The notes below the pieces were generated by a model that made no database searches, was not told where the DNA came from, and saw only the letters and a program-made list of their open reading frames with translations. The position numbers and the translations under genes were made by a program. Of a DNA stretch of 63,355 nucleotides, positions 35,523 to 45,533 are shown piece by piece (position 1 is the stretch's first letter; each line of letters opens with the position of its first letter). The DNA is taken from NCBI GenBank assembly GCA_031364845.1, contig JANLWX010000033.1, positions 1-63,355 of the forward strand. Reading direction: 5' to 3'. This DNA is from Candidatus Eiseniibacteriota bacterium (GTDB lineage Bacteria; Eisenbacteria; RBG-16-71-46).

Positions 35523-35553
35523 TGGTGCGCCGCGAACGTATCGAACCTTCAAC
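35523..35553 (-). tRNA. Degenerate tRNA 3'-end remnant, att-site remnant 3
   Basis: Minus strand GTTGAAGGTTCGATACGTTCGCGGCGCACCA; same GCGGCGCACCA end as copy 2 with a different T-stem. Confidence 0.6.
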
Positions 35554-35555
35554 AC

Positions 35556-35681
35556 CAGCACGAAGCGATTGTCGCTCAACGTATTGCTAAAAACCACAAT
35601 AAGTTGCTGGGTTCTAGCTCGGGTACTCCCGGGTGGTCGAAGGCATCTCAGGGAGCGCAAAACGGGACAGGTTGTCCCGCT
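35556..35681. repeat. Integrative-element arm, copy 3
   Basis: Aligns to 32563-32688; contains the GGGACA/TGTCCC inverted motif. Confidence 0.9.
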
Positions 35682-35958
35682 GTCGGGACAATTGGTGCCG
35701 CGGCAGGCACCGCATCGCATTCCAATGAAACACCCCACTTGCTCACTAAGACATCTCGGCGAACGTGGAGCGTCTTCATCTAGTTGAATGCGCGCCGGCC
35801 AACTTTCGACCAGAGTGCATGCACGATGCCTTGTAATGGTGACTTGCTACGTTGCGTCCGTTCGACCGACTTCCTACAGAACCCAACAGGTGTCAACTGA
35901 GCCGTGCTCGTCATCCGTGACCAAATCGCTCCAACCGCGCAGCGGCGGCGAGACGGTT

Positions 35959-36290
35959 GTGCTGGGCCTCGAGCGCATCATTGGTCGCAAGTGACCTCAC
36001 GCCCGTGAGCTACTTTTGTCACGGCGTTCAGGTGGCTCGTTCGGTTCGTCGCGTCGAGACTCACACCGGCTCGGAGAGACTTTGGCTACAGGACAAGTTC
36101 GCTCGTCGGACCGGGGCTGCTCCTGACCAATCACCACGTGCTGTCCGATAAGGTGGAGGCTTCGAACAGCCGGATCGAATTCGACTATGAGGACGGCTTA
36201 GACTGAGGCAGAACTCACGACACTGCTCCCTGACCTCGACCCGGTCCGAATCTTTGTGTCCAACAAGCCGCTCCATTTCGCCCTGGTCAC
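35959..36290 (+). pseudogene. Degraded trypsin-like serine protease
   Basis: GLERIIG / SDL.PVSYF..G..VARSV.RV / LVGPGLLLTNHHVL....EAS.SRIEFDYE / LDP..IFVSN..LHFALV across frameshifts and stops. Confidence 0.75.
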
Positions 36291-36407
36291 TAATCGCGAT
36301 CCCGACCAGCAAGGACGTGGAAGCCGGAAACGACTAATCCGGTTGAGCTCGAACGATCGATCGGCCGCGGAGACGCGTCGCGAAACTAATCCGTTCGGAG
36401 AATCCAG

Positions 36408-37538
36408 ATGGCCGCACCAGACGACACCCCAGTTGTGGACGCCCCCGCAGCGCAGGCGGACGAACGGTCCCAACAATCAAAGTCCACCAGTCCTCACGTC
36501 ACGGTTCGCCACTTCTTTTGGGCGGCCGCCTTTGGATTTGTCCCGATTGTCATGTTTTGTGTTCGCCTGCATCAGGACCTCGCCTTGCAGGCACTCGCCG
36601 TCGCAATGCTTCTGGCGTGTTCCGCAGCATTGGCGGGGGGCCTTCTTGGATTTCTCTTCGGAATCCCGCGCACGCTGCAACAGGGAGAGGAGCTGTCGTC
36701 CTCTTCGCAAGCGGCGAACATAAAGGCTGGTGACTCGTCGAGAGAACAAGCCGTCACAGGCACCGTGGGGCTTGTGCATCGGGTTAATACGAATCTCGAG
36801 CAGATCTCGGACTGGCTCACCAAGATCCTCGTCGGTGTGGGCCTTACTCAAGTGAATGAGATTCGCAAGACGGGTGGCGAGATCGTGACATCGATGGGCA
36901 CAGCCTTTGGTTCGAGTGCCGGCGCACAGCCCCTCGCGGCCACGATCCTCATCTACTTCCTTATTTTCGGTTTCCTGGCCGGCTACCTGTGGACGCGCCT
37001 GTATCTGGCCTCAGAACTAAGGCGCGCCGATCAGGGCGCAGTTCGCGAACTCCGAGACGAACTTCGGCAAACACGCAAAGAGGTTGCGGTTCTGCAGGAG
37101 GTCTCACCCGTTGCACTTAATGTGTCGGCAGACCGCCCGACAGCACTGGCCAGGCGCGCGGCTAGTCTGCGACCGATTCTCAATCGACGCGATCCGCAGA
37201 AGGGGCGCTGGGGTGGACTGCGCGAAAGCAACTTTCGTTTCGTAAAGGCCGGGAAGATCCGTCCGCTTCGCAGCGACCCTGAGAATTTCCGAATTCCGCT
37301 CGAGGTGCGTTCGACCGATCCTGTCAATCATCCGCTTACGGGCACGGTGCGCTTCCATCTTCACGATACGTTTCAGCAGGATATTGAGGAGGTGGAGGTG
37401 GTCGACGGTGTGGGACGGCTTGAACTGGTGGCTTATGGCGCCTTCACCGTCGGTATCGAACTCGAGGACGGGACCACTTTGGAGCTCGATCTGGCTGATC
37501 CGGATATTGATGCGCCGGCGATATTCAAGGTACGTTAA
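36408..37538 (+). CDS. Membrane protein with a C-terminal prokaryotic YEATS (pYEATS) domain
   Basis: TM region GFLFGIPR...NTNLEQISDWLTKILVGVGLTQ...GYLWTR; C-terminus DPQKGRWGG, V.FHLHDTF, AYGAFTVG. Confidence 0.82.
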   Translation: MAAPDDTPVVDAPAAQADERSQQSKSTSPHVTVRHFFWAAAFGFVPIVMFCVRLHQDLALQALAVAMLLACSAALAGGLLGFLFGIPRTLQQGEELSSSSQAANIKAGDSSREQAVTGTVGLVHRVNTNLEQISDWLTKILVGVGLTQVNEIRKTGGEIVTSMGTAFGSSAGAQPLAATILIYFLIFGFLAGYLWTRLYLASELRRADQGAVRELRDELRQTRKEVAVLQEVSPVALNVSADRPTALARRAASLRPILNRRDPQKGRWGGLRESNFRFVKAGKIRPLRSDPENFRIPLEVRSTDPVNHPLTGTVRFHLHDTFQQDIEEVEVVDGVGRLELVAYGAFTVGIELEDGTTLELDLADPDIDAPAIFKVR

Positions 37539-37652
37539 GGGCGGGGGCTGACGGTGGGCATTGGTCTTATAAGAGTGGCAAATGGGTTTGGTGACCTCGT
37601 GGCGCACTGCAGACTGCCAGCGCACGGCCACGTATCCCGTGGAGCTACGTCG

Positions 37653-39230
37653 ATGCTTGCTAGCATGCTTCTCTTGGCCGCGACCGCGCTTGCAGACGCC
37701 ACCCCCAGCGCGGTCACGCGCGTGACGTTTGACCTCAACTCAACAGCGATAGATGTCACGCTGCCCTTCGACGAGGAATTCATTCTCGAAGGAACTGCGC
37801 CAGAAGGCGTGCGGTCGATGGAGCTCAAGCGTCGCGGCGGCAACGGAGCTGAATGGTCGCGAGAGTGGAATCCGAAGTTGCCCGTCAAGAAGGGCGACAA
37901 GTTTCAGTTTTGGGTTCCAGCGCTTGCGCCCGACGAGACCCAAACGTTTGTTCTCAGCTGGATCCGCGACCTGACCGCGGACGAGAAGGCGACCTTTCGA
38001 ACCAAAGCCGTGGCCACTCTCGATCGTCAGCTCCGAGACGGTGAATCTCTTTCAGAGGTGACTCGCAACGTGCAGAGCGCCGCCCGCTTCATGGAAGTCT
38101 TGCGAGCTTCCATTCCAGACCGTGAAAAGGTCTCTAAGTGGCCGCCGGCCTTGGAGTCTCCAGAGAGTTTCAGGCAGAGGCTTGAACAGCTTTCTGTCGC
38201 TGCGAGAATCGATGACGCGGTGCAGAATCGACAGGCGATCGTGACGTTGTTCCCGAGTGCGGCTGCTCGATTATCTAAGGCGCTACAGGAATTGGGAAAG
38301 TCGCGAGGTATTCAGGCCATTGCGGCCTCACCAGACTCCACCAACTCGGTCGACAAGGGCGTCCTCGACTATGCGCGCTGGCTGCTCGTCGGCGTCCGCT
38401 CAGATGAAATCGGAGCAGTTGCGGATGGGCGAGTTCGCGTGGGAGAGCTCAACGTCACGGCGCCGGCGACCACCCAGGGGCTGGCGGAGGTCTGGAGCGT
38501 TGACTCGTTGGCGAGCCGCATCGGTAACTTGGCTTGGAGTGAAGCCTCGCTTCGTAAGTTCGAAAACGGCGTATTCGTAAGTCCGCGTCTCGAGAAGCTC
38601 CGAGCTCGGGGCGGTTGGAGCAAGGACGACGAGGCCGACTTGCGAGCTCGCCTCGCCGCAGTGAACGGAGAGTTCCGCAACGTTCTGGGAACTCTCGAGC
38701 AGCTGCGAGCAGCAGTGGCCGAACGAAATGGCGTGATCGTCGGGTTGGTTGAAAAGTTTGAAGTCTTGGATCTTTCTCAACTAACACTTCACGGTTCGAC
38801 TACTGGCACCTTTGAGACGCGTGCCAAGTCCCGAACATCTACTGATCTTGGCGTGCTGTCGTGCCCCAACATTGATCAGGTGTTCCCTTACTTCGGGGTC
38901 AACTTCTACTGGGCGCCCGTCAATAAGCGCGTTCCGCTACGCCAACACGACGGTCTCGGCAAGAGGCTAGCTCTGACAGTCGGGCTGACAGCTACAAAAG
39001 TCGCCGGGGACAGGGTCAGTGGAGTCATCGGTGAACGCGCCGTTCTGGTGGGACTCGGCTTCCGCCTGACCGACATCGCGCGGCTGAGCGGCGGCTACCT
39101 GGTATTCCGAGCAGGAGATCGCAATCCATACGTCAACCAGACCCACATCCGTAGCAGCTTCTACGGGGCGGTGTCGCTCGACAACGACGTTCGAAGCATT
39201 CTGGGCAAGATTGTTGACACGCTGTTCTAG
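37653..39230 (+). CDS. Secreted hypothetical protein (helical middle, beta-rich C-terminus)
   Basis: Signal peptide; LPFDEEF.L.G; PYFGVNFY..PVNK, alternating beta-strand pattern, terminal Phe. Confidence 0.8.
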   Translation: MLASMLLLAATALADATPSAVTRVTFDLNSTAIDVTLPFDEEFILEGTAPEGVRSMELKRRGGNGAEWSREWNPKLPVKKGDKFQFWVPALAPDETQTFVLSWIRDLTADEKATFRTKAVATLDRQLRDGESLSEVTRNVQSAARFMEVLRASIPDREKVSKWPPALESPESFRQRLEQLSVAARIDDAVQNRQAIVTLFPSAAARLSKALQELGKSRGIQAIAASPDSTNSVDKGVLDYARWLLVGVRSDEIGAVADGRVRVGELNVTAPATTQGLAEVWSVDSLASRIGNLAWSEASLRKFENGVFVSPRLEKLRARGGWSKDDEADLRARLAAVNGEFRNVLGTLEQLRAAVAERNGVIVGLVEKFEVLDLSQLTLHGSTTGTFETRAKSRTSTDLGVLSCPNIDQVFPYFGVNFYWAPVNKRVPLRQHDGLGKRLALTVGLTATKVAGDRVSGVIGERAVLVGLGFRLTDIARLSGGYLVFRAGDRNPYVNQTHIRSSFYGAVSLDNDVRSILGKIVDTLF

Positions 39231-39238
39231 GGGGACTC

Positions 39239-39688
39239 ATGGCTCTCCTGTCGCCCGCCACCTTTGACCTAAGTCCCTCAAAAGGACCTCTTCCGATCGA
39301 GGTCGCAGCGTCTCATCGGTTGCGGGCAGATGGAGAGACGCGGGTCACAATTCGCTACGTCCTTGATGCCAGTCGACCGGTTCGCTTTCGTGACGGCAAC
39401 AGGCTGGTGACGGAGGTCACGACCCCTCCGGCGACCGTGTTTGAGACCGAGACGACGGTGACTTACAGCCTTAGGTTGGACTGGAGCAAGCCTCCTGGTG
39501 AGGTCGGCGGAGTACCGATTCGCGCGGAGTTCCATGACGAATCTGGTGGGCTGGTAGCTCCGTTGCAGCGCACCTTCATCGCAAGTGGATCTGTGGAAGC
39601 AATCGGTCCTCTTTCGCTCGGCACCCCGAAAGTACGTAAGAAGGTAAGCGCCAAGAAGACAGCACGCGGTAGCAGGAAGGGAAAGTGA
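39239..39688 (+). CDS. Hypothetical protein with a basic C-terminal tail
   Basis: 8-bp gap after the previous gene; GTGA overlap with the next. Confidence 0.7.
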   Translation: MALLSPATFDLSPSKGPLPIEVAASHRLRADGETRVTIRYVLDASRPVRFRDGNRLVTEVTTPPATVFETETTVTYSLRLDWSKPPGEVGGVPIRAEFHDESGGLVAPLQRTFIASGSVEAIGPLSLGTPKVRKKVSAKKTARGSRKGK

Positions 39689-40386
39689 AGCGGGCCTGGG
39701 CTGTTGGGCTCCTTCCGCTGGTCTTGAGCTGCGGGTCCTATGACCCCCATGACCATGTGGTCGCCCCGTCTGTGACGACTTTCAGCGTAGCGCCACGGAA
39801 TGCGCTCGCTGATGGGTCAGGATTGGTGATGCTGACTTGTGTCGTTCCGGCAACCGCAACCGACAAGGCCGTCACCTTCAACGCACTTGGGGCCACCTTT
39901 GCGGGCACGACTGCGAATTCTGTGAAAGTCGCTGCTGACCCATCCGGCGTGGCCACTGCGTATCTGCGGGCACCTCGGGTCTCGGGCACCGTCCGCGTAT
40001 GGTCGGTCACTTCGGTGACGACCGTGGTTGATTCTGTGATCTTCGACCGGGCATATCCAACTCGACTCGCGCTCGAACCTGACAAGTTCGTCGTGACCGG
40101 TAGCACGGGCGAGACCTCAATTACCGTGAGTTTAGGGCGAATCGTGGGCATGCCCAGTGACGGTCTAGTCCTGTCAGCGGCCGCGCGCGACACCCTGGGT
40201 GCAAGCCAAGGACAACTAGGTGCCTTGCTTCCTTCAACGAGTACGGAGGCGGGTGCCACAGCGAAGGTGCGATGGTCGGTTGCTGGCTCGCCCTACCGCG
40301 GAAGAGTGACCATCGTAGTCTCGTCGCCAAGTGATGGAACAGGCGGTGTTCTCGTGGATTCGGTCCGAATCGTCGTATCCCAGTGA
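39685..40386 (+). CDS. Lipoprotein with Ig-like (invasin/Big-type) domains
   Basis: Lipobox LVLSC; ALADG...VTF...AD.SGVATA.L. Confidence 0.75.
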   Translation: MKRAWAVGLLPLVLSCGSYDPHDHVVAPSVTTFSVAPRNALADGSGLVMLTCVVPATATDKAVTFNALGATFAGTTANSVKVAADPSGVATAYLRAPRVSGTVRVWSVTSVTTVVDSVIFDRAYPTRLALEPDKFVVTGSTGETSITVSLGRIVGMPSDGLVLSAAARDTLGASQGQLGALLPSTSTEAGATAKVRWSVAGSPYRGRVTIVVSSPSDGTGGVLVDSVRIVVSQ

Positions 40387-40667
40387 TCCCACTCGGAGGG
40401 AGAGCCCAATCGCTTTCCTGGTACGTGAGGATGCGTCCGCCCGTGAGTTCTTGATAAACAAACTGCCAAGCGTGTCCGTGATCAAAAATCTTCAACTACA
40501 TTAATGCGCCGTGAGCGATTATCCATCACGGTCCCGCCTCAGCGGCCATTCGATGGGCATTGCGGCAACGCAGGAAAAAAACCGGCTTTGGGCCCAGGGG
40601 CGACGGTGAAGAGATGGTTGCGACGGCGCCTACGGCATTGCTGCCATTCGTGCGATTGTGGCTCCGC

Positions 40668-41771
40668 CTACGACTCAACCTTCAGGCGTCCGCCGAATGT
40701 CGGGTCGTTTGGAGGTAAGTTTCGTGGCCGATAGGTGGGAAGGGCGGTGAGACGCTTGAGCACGGATGCATGCACAAACACGTGTGGCGACGCGGCCTCC
40801 CTTGCAACGTTTCTCGCAGCGCCAAAGGTCCATCGCCAGCCTGTTTTCTTGGTCGCCGCGTTGAACCTCTTGACCGGAATCGCTTCTACCGCCCACCATC
40901 CGCCCGTGAGGGATTCGTGCCCGCCCGCTAAGGGATCGGCTGGGGACCCGGTGCCATTCAACTCACGGAGCAACGCGTCGTCGTCAACCTGCATCCCGCA
41001 TGTGCGTGCCTCGCGCATCATCCAGTCGAATGTGATCTTTGCAAGACCGGTTTCGGCGGCCGGATAGCCGCCGCCGACATCGGAGTGGACCCCGGCAAAC
41101 CAGACGTTCTTGACATCCTGCCCGGGTAACGCAGGAGCCATGAGGTTTTGCCGGAAGCAGGAGCGTCGTTCGTCGATCGACACGGCGTGGCGAACGTGGG
41201 TCACCTCAGGATTGTGGGCGGTGAACGGAAAGGTCCGGAACTGATTGATCATTCCCACGGATCCGACGGTGTCCCAAACGCCAACGAAGTGTACCGGGCA
41301 TGGCGTGGCCAGCGTGTCCTTGAACTCAGCACATAGCACACCGCCTGGTGTGCGGGGGCCGAAATCCCTCTGCCAATAGCTTTGGGCATACTTGATGAGG
41401 TTTTCCGACCCGGGGCGCAATAGGCCGATGGAGTGGAGCATTCCAGCTAGAGCCCGTACCGTAAATGCTCCACGACTGAAACCGAAGAGGTAGACTTTGT
41501 CGCCTGGTAGGTACTGCGACATGAGAAAGCGATAGGCATCTTCGATGTTCCGCATGAAACCGTCGCCGAATGCGAGGCCCTTGAGAAGCGACCAGCGTTT
41601 CCCGATACGCGTCGTCTTCCATGGCTCCGGCATCGTGCCGACGCCGGCATCGTAGAATGTGACTTGGGAAGACGACGGGCGCGCGACCTTGTACGTTCGA
41701 ATGACGTTCGTATGATCGCCATCGAATTGCCCGTTCGTGCCGTCGCAACACACGACAATGTTTTTGGACAT
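40668..41771 (-). CDS. DUF2235 (Tle1-like alpha/beta hydrolase) protein
   Basis: KNIVVCCDGT, GVGT, GFSRGA, GVWDTV, HAVSIDERR, WFAGVHSDVGGGY. Confidence 0.95.
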   Translation of the reverse strand: MSKNIVVCCDGTNGQFDGDHTNVIRTYKVARPSSSQVTFYDAGVGTMPEPWKTTRIGKRWSLLKGLAFGDGFMRNIEDAYRFLMSQYLPGDKVYLFGFSRGAFTVRALAGMLHSIGLLRPGSENLIKYAQSYWQRDFGPRTPGGVLCAEFKDTLATPCPVHFVGVWDTVGSVGMINQFRTFPFTAHNPEVTHVRHAVSIDERRSCFRQNLMAPALPGQDVKNVWFAGVHSDVGGGYPAAETGLAKITFDWMMREARTCGMQVDDDALLRELNGTGSPADPLAGGHESLTGGWWAVEAIPVKRFNAATKKTGWRWTFGAARNVAREAASPHVFVHASVLKRLTALPTYRPRNLPPNDPTFGGRLKVES

Positions 41772-41921
41772 GTCTGGCTCCTGGTTGAGCGCTCTTCTGT
41801 CAACTCGTCCATTGCGATCGATCAACGCTGAGATTATCCTGCTGTCGCAGTCAGGCGACAATCCACTTTGTACAATCTGGCAGAGTTGTGCAACGCGTAC
41901 GTGTATTAAGATGGAGGTCGC

Positions 41922-43877
41922 ATGGGGCGTGCATTCAACGGAGTAAGGCCTGTCAACCGGTACCTGCGTGGATATTCACTAGATCCGGGGTTCTCAACTC
42001 GGCTCGACACCGCCGGCATTAACGAAGTCGTCTATCGCGTTCCCTTCGAGGATCTCGCACCCGGACCGGTCGGAGAATACATCGAAGTACTCGATTTTGA
42101 TCCAGCGAGCGATTGCTGGTACGAGCCCGTCGACTTGAGCGACGAAAGAATCGCATCACAACACGGTATCGCGCCAAGTGAAGGCAGCCCTCAGTTCCAT
42201 CAGCAGTTCGTTTACGCGGTGGCCATGAAGACCATTCGCCACTTCGAACGGGCTCTCGGGCGAAAAATCGTCTGGTATCCCCGCCTCATTGGTCCAGCAC
42301 GTCGGGCGAGCGAAGCGCGAAGGTGGGATCGGGAGTATGTGGCACGGCTCCGGATTTACCCACATGGCCTCCGAGACGCCAACGCCTACTACGACCCCGA
42401 CAAGGCGGCTCTGCTGTTCGGCTACTTTACAGCGGCGGATAAGTCACAAGGGACCAACTACCCAGGCGGTCTAGTATTCACTTGTCTGAGTCCCGACATT
42501 GTCGCCCACGAGACGACCCACGCCATCTTGGATTCAATCCACCATCGATACATGGAAGACACGAATCCCGACGTCGCAGGCTTCCATGAAGGCTTCGCCG
42601 ACATCGTCGCATTGTTGCAGCGTTTTACCTTCGGTGACCTGATCGAGCATCAACTCTTCGCGAGCGGAGGCAGGCTAGATCGGTATAACGTGTTGGGCGA
42701 ACTGGCCACACAATTCGGGGAAGCGCTCGAAGGAAACCGTGGGGCGTTGCGTCACATGATTGGGCAATGGAACGAGAAGGGCGAGTGGGAGCCCATAAAA
42801 CCGGACCCTTCGGACTATCGTCTTAACGTGGAAGCGCATGACCGAGGTGCGGTGCTTGTCGCCACCATGTTCGATGTGTTTCGACGTGTCTACGAGTTTC
42901 GCACGGCTGACCTATTCAGGCTTGCTGGGGCGGGATCGTCGAGGGCGTCGGACGGGAGCATCAATCGTGACCTGCTGCACCGCCTGGCGGGCGAAGCGAG
43001 CGAGATTGCCGAGCACCTCCTGCACATTTGCATTCGGGCGCTTGACTACTGTCCGCCAAACGACATCACATTTGGGAATTATCTGCGAGCCTTGGTCACG
43101 GCGGATCTCGACATCGCCCCGGAAGACGAAAACGGATATCGTCTCGCCTTAATTGAGGCGTTCCGCGCGCGCGGAATCTTCCCGACGCACGTGAACATCT
43201 TGTCGATTGAGAGTCTGTGTTGGGACCATCCGGATTTTACTGATCGTCAGGTAGATGTGGTGAGTTGGCTCATCACGCAGATCAAAGAAGATATCACCGG
43301 ATTGATGGAGACCGTTGATCGACGGGAGCTTTACGAACGATCACAGAAGGCACAAGCAAAGTTGAACGCAATCCTCATGGGAAAGGCGGCCCGTCACGGA
43401 CCGTACGAGTGGGAACAGTTTCTCAACGAACTTGGGTTGACGTCCCGTCCCGTCTCGGAGTTGTTCGGCAAGGACTCGCGAAAGGTGCGATTCCTGTTCG
43501 AGGACAAACCTAACAATACTTACGTTCCTAAGATCGAGGTTCACACCATTCGCCCGGCGTTCCGAGCCGGTCGCGAGGGACGGCAGGTCCAGCAGGTGGT
43601 CATCACGCTCACGCAGCGGGTGACGGTTGACATCGGCGAGGATGGCCAGCGCCGCGTCATGGTGTTCCGTGGGGGTTGTTCAATGATTTTGAGTCTCGGC
43701 AATCTGAACGCCGTCGAGTACGTCATCCTTAAGGACGTCAAAGGCTATGATCGCTTCTGCCGCCAGGAGCGCTACCTGACTGGTGAGGACCAAAACGCCG
43801 CATCGCCGCCACCATCGCTGTACTCGGACGACGATCGGTCATGGCGGCTGGACTTCAACCTATTGCATCGCCACTAG
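41922..43877 (+). CDS. Cytoplasmic gluzincin / M4-like zinc metallopeptidase
   Basis: FHQQFVYAV, NAYYDP...LLFGYF, DIVAHETTHAILD, FHEGFADIVAL; no signal peptide; GGAGG RBS. Confidence 0.88.
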   Translation: MGRAFNGVRPVNRYLRGYSLDPGFSTRLDTAGINEVVYRVPFEDLAPGPVGEYIEVLDFDPASDCWYEPVDLSDERIASQHGIAPSEGSPQFHQQFVYAVAMKTIRHFERALGRKIVWYPRLIGPARRASEARRWDREYVARLRIYPHGLRDANAYYDPDKAALLFGYFTAADKSQGTNYPGGLVFTCLSPDIVAHETTHAILDSIHHRYMEDTNPDVAGFHEGFADIVALLQRFTFGDLIEHQLFASGGRLDRYNVLGELATQFGEALEGNRGALRHMIGQWNEKGEWEPIKPDPSDYRLNVEAHDRGAVLVATMFDVFRRVYEFRTADLFRLAGAGSSRASDGSINRDLLHRLAGEASEIAEHLLHICIRALDYCPPNDITFGNYLRALVTADLDIAPEDENGYRLALIEAFRARGIFPTHVNILSIESLCWDHPDFTDRQVDVVSWLITQIKEDITGLMETVDRRELYERSQKAQAKLNAILMGKAARHGPYEWEQFLNELGLTSRPVSELFGKDSRKVRFLFEDKPNNTYVPKIEVHTIRPAFRAGREGRQVQQVVITLTQRVTVDIGEDGQRRVMVFRGGCSMILSLGNLNAVEYVILKDVKGYDRFCRQERYLTGEDQNAASPPPSLYSDDDRSWRLDFNLLHRH

Positions 43878-43894
43878 GCTCGGGAGGTGCAAGC

Positions 43895-45316
43895 ATGGCC
43901 AAGACGTCGGCGAATATTCGCATGTACCGCCTAGATGAGCTGGGGGATTGCTTCCTCGTCACCTTCACATCGGGCGCGTCCAAGAGTCGATTGTTAATCG
44001 ACTGCGGCTCGTTTCGAAATACCGCTGCTTCGATGACGCGATTGAAGAGACTGGTGCAGCAGATCGCCGTAGACACTCAGGGTCAGCCTCTCGACGTTGT
44101 CGTAGGCACGCACCAGCACAACGATCACGTGAGTGGGTTCGTGCACTGCAAGACGGAATTCGAGAAGATCGGCGTGCGGCGTGTGTGGCTATCATGGCTG
44201 GACGATCCGGGCGACGCTAAGGCACATAATATTGGCAAGGACCACAACAACTTGATGCTGGGCTTGGCGGAGGCCCGGGACCGACTTCATGCGCAGGTCG
44301 GGCGCACTGCGGCCAATCGACCCACGGCGCGTCGCTCTCTTATGGTGCTGGACGACATTCTTGGGTTCTACGGCGCGAATGCCGCGGGGTCTGTGCCCGA
44401 ATTGCCGGCCAAGGGTATCGCGAACCTCAAGGCGATCGGCACCGAAGATCCGGTCTATCTTCGGCCCGGGCGAACACTTGAAATGCCGGGGCTGCCCGCG
44501 TCGAGCGTTCGCATCCACGTCTTAGGCCCGCCGAGGGACGAGAAGTTGCTGTACCGTAAGGACCCGCGGAAAGGCGAAAGCTACGATCACGCACTAGCGA
44601 ATCACGTGCTAAGGGCGAACAGCTTTCTCGCGGCGGTCAAGAAAAGGAGCTCGACCACTACAACTCGGGATTCCGCGTATCCATTTAAGCAGGCATTTGA
44701 ACGAAGAGGGTCCTCGGGCTCTAAGGAGCTTCGCGAAATGCGCAGTCGCTACCGCACGCAGCAGGATCACTGGCGGACAATCAACGACGACTGGCTTCTT
44801 CAGTCGGAATCGCTCGCGCTCTATTTGGACACGTTTACAAACAACTCGAGCCTCGTGCTAGCGATCGAACTCGTGGAAAGCGGCAAAGTACTGCTATTTG
44901 CTGCCGATGCCCAGACCGGCAACTGGGCTAGTTGGGAGGATGTAAAATGGGAGCGGGCTGACGTCAGTACGGACGACCTGCTTGCCCGGACGGTGCTCTA
45001 TAAGGTCGGGCATCATGCCAGTCATAACGCGACGTTAGTCGATACCTTTGAGAAGCTGGGCCGGGCCGACCTCATTGCCCTAATTCCGGTTCACAAGAAG
45101 GATCCGAACATCACCAAAGCAAACGGCTGGAAGATGCCCGCGAAGAATCTCTTCAAGCGCCTCGTCGAAAAGACCGATCATCGTGTCCTGCAGATGGACG
45201 ATAAGAACCCGGCATCGTGCGACCCAAAGAAGGAACCGGCGAAGTCTGCGTGGAAGCGAGCTGGCATCAAGCCTAAGGTGACAGCCGAGTCGATCGAGGT
45301 TGAGATCACCGGATAG
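43895..45316 (+). CDS. MBL-fold (ComEC-like) metallo-hydrolase
   Basis: LGDCFL, LIDCG, THQHNDHVSG, NNSSLV, LFAADAQ, KVGHHASHNAT; GGGAGG RBS. Confidence 0.92.
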   Translation: MAKTSANIRMYRLDELGDCFLVTFTSGASKSRLLIDCGSFRNTAASMTRLKRLVQQIAVDTQGQPLDVVVGTHQHNDHVSGFVHCKTEFEKIGVRRVWLSWLDDPGDAKAHNIGKDHNNLMLGLAEARDRLHAQVGRTAANRPTARRSLMVLDDILGFYGANAAGSVPELPAKGIANLKAIGTEDPVYLRPGRTLEMPGLPASSVRIHVLGPPRDEKLLYRKDPRKGESYDHALANHVLRANSFLAAVKKRSSTTTTRDSAYPFKQAFERRGSSGSKELREMRSRYRTQQDHWRTINDDWLLQSESLALYLDTFTNNSSLVLAIELVESGKVLLFAADAQTGNWASWEDVKWERADVSTDDLLARTVLYKVGHHASHNATLVDTFEKLGRADLIALIPVHKKDPNITKANGWKMPAKNLFKRLVEKTDHRVLQMDDKNPASCDPKKEPAKSAWKRAGIKPKVTAESIEVEITG

Positions 45317-45533
45317 GTGTGGCCTGGCGGCGGCCTGATGGTTTCAGCCCGACAGATGGCCTCGTGCCAGCGAGGAGTTACTATCCCGCCTCTCCGCTAC
45401 GGTCACCAGAGTCAGCAGATCCCGATCCCTTGTCCGAAAAGGACTAGAGGCGGATTGTGTAGCTGCTATTCGGTACGGCGTCCCCGTTGCGGCAAAGTCG
45501 GCCGGGCTGGGTTAGTTCGGGAGGAGGGTGTGC

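Noticed and set aside
20382..35553. Calling the tRNA-like sequences functional tRNA genes
   Set aside because: Only 3' portions are present, with no 5' acceptor strand or D-arm
40668..41771. DUF2235 as a T6SS effector
   Set aside because: No vgrG, PAAR, hcp or adjacent immunity gene in the window; only the hydrolase family call is supported
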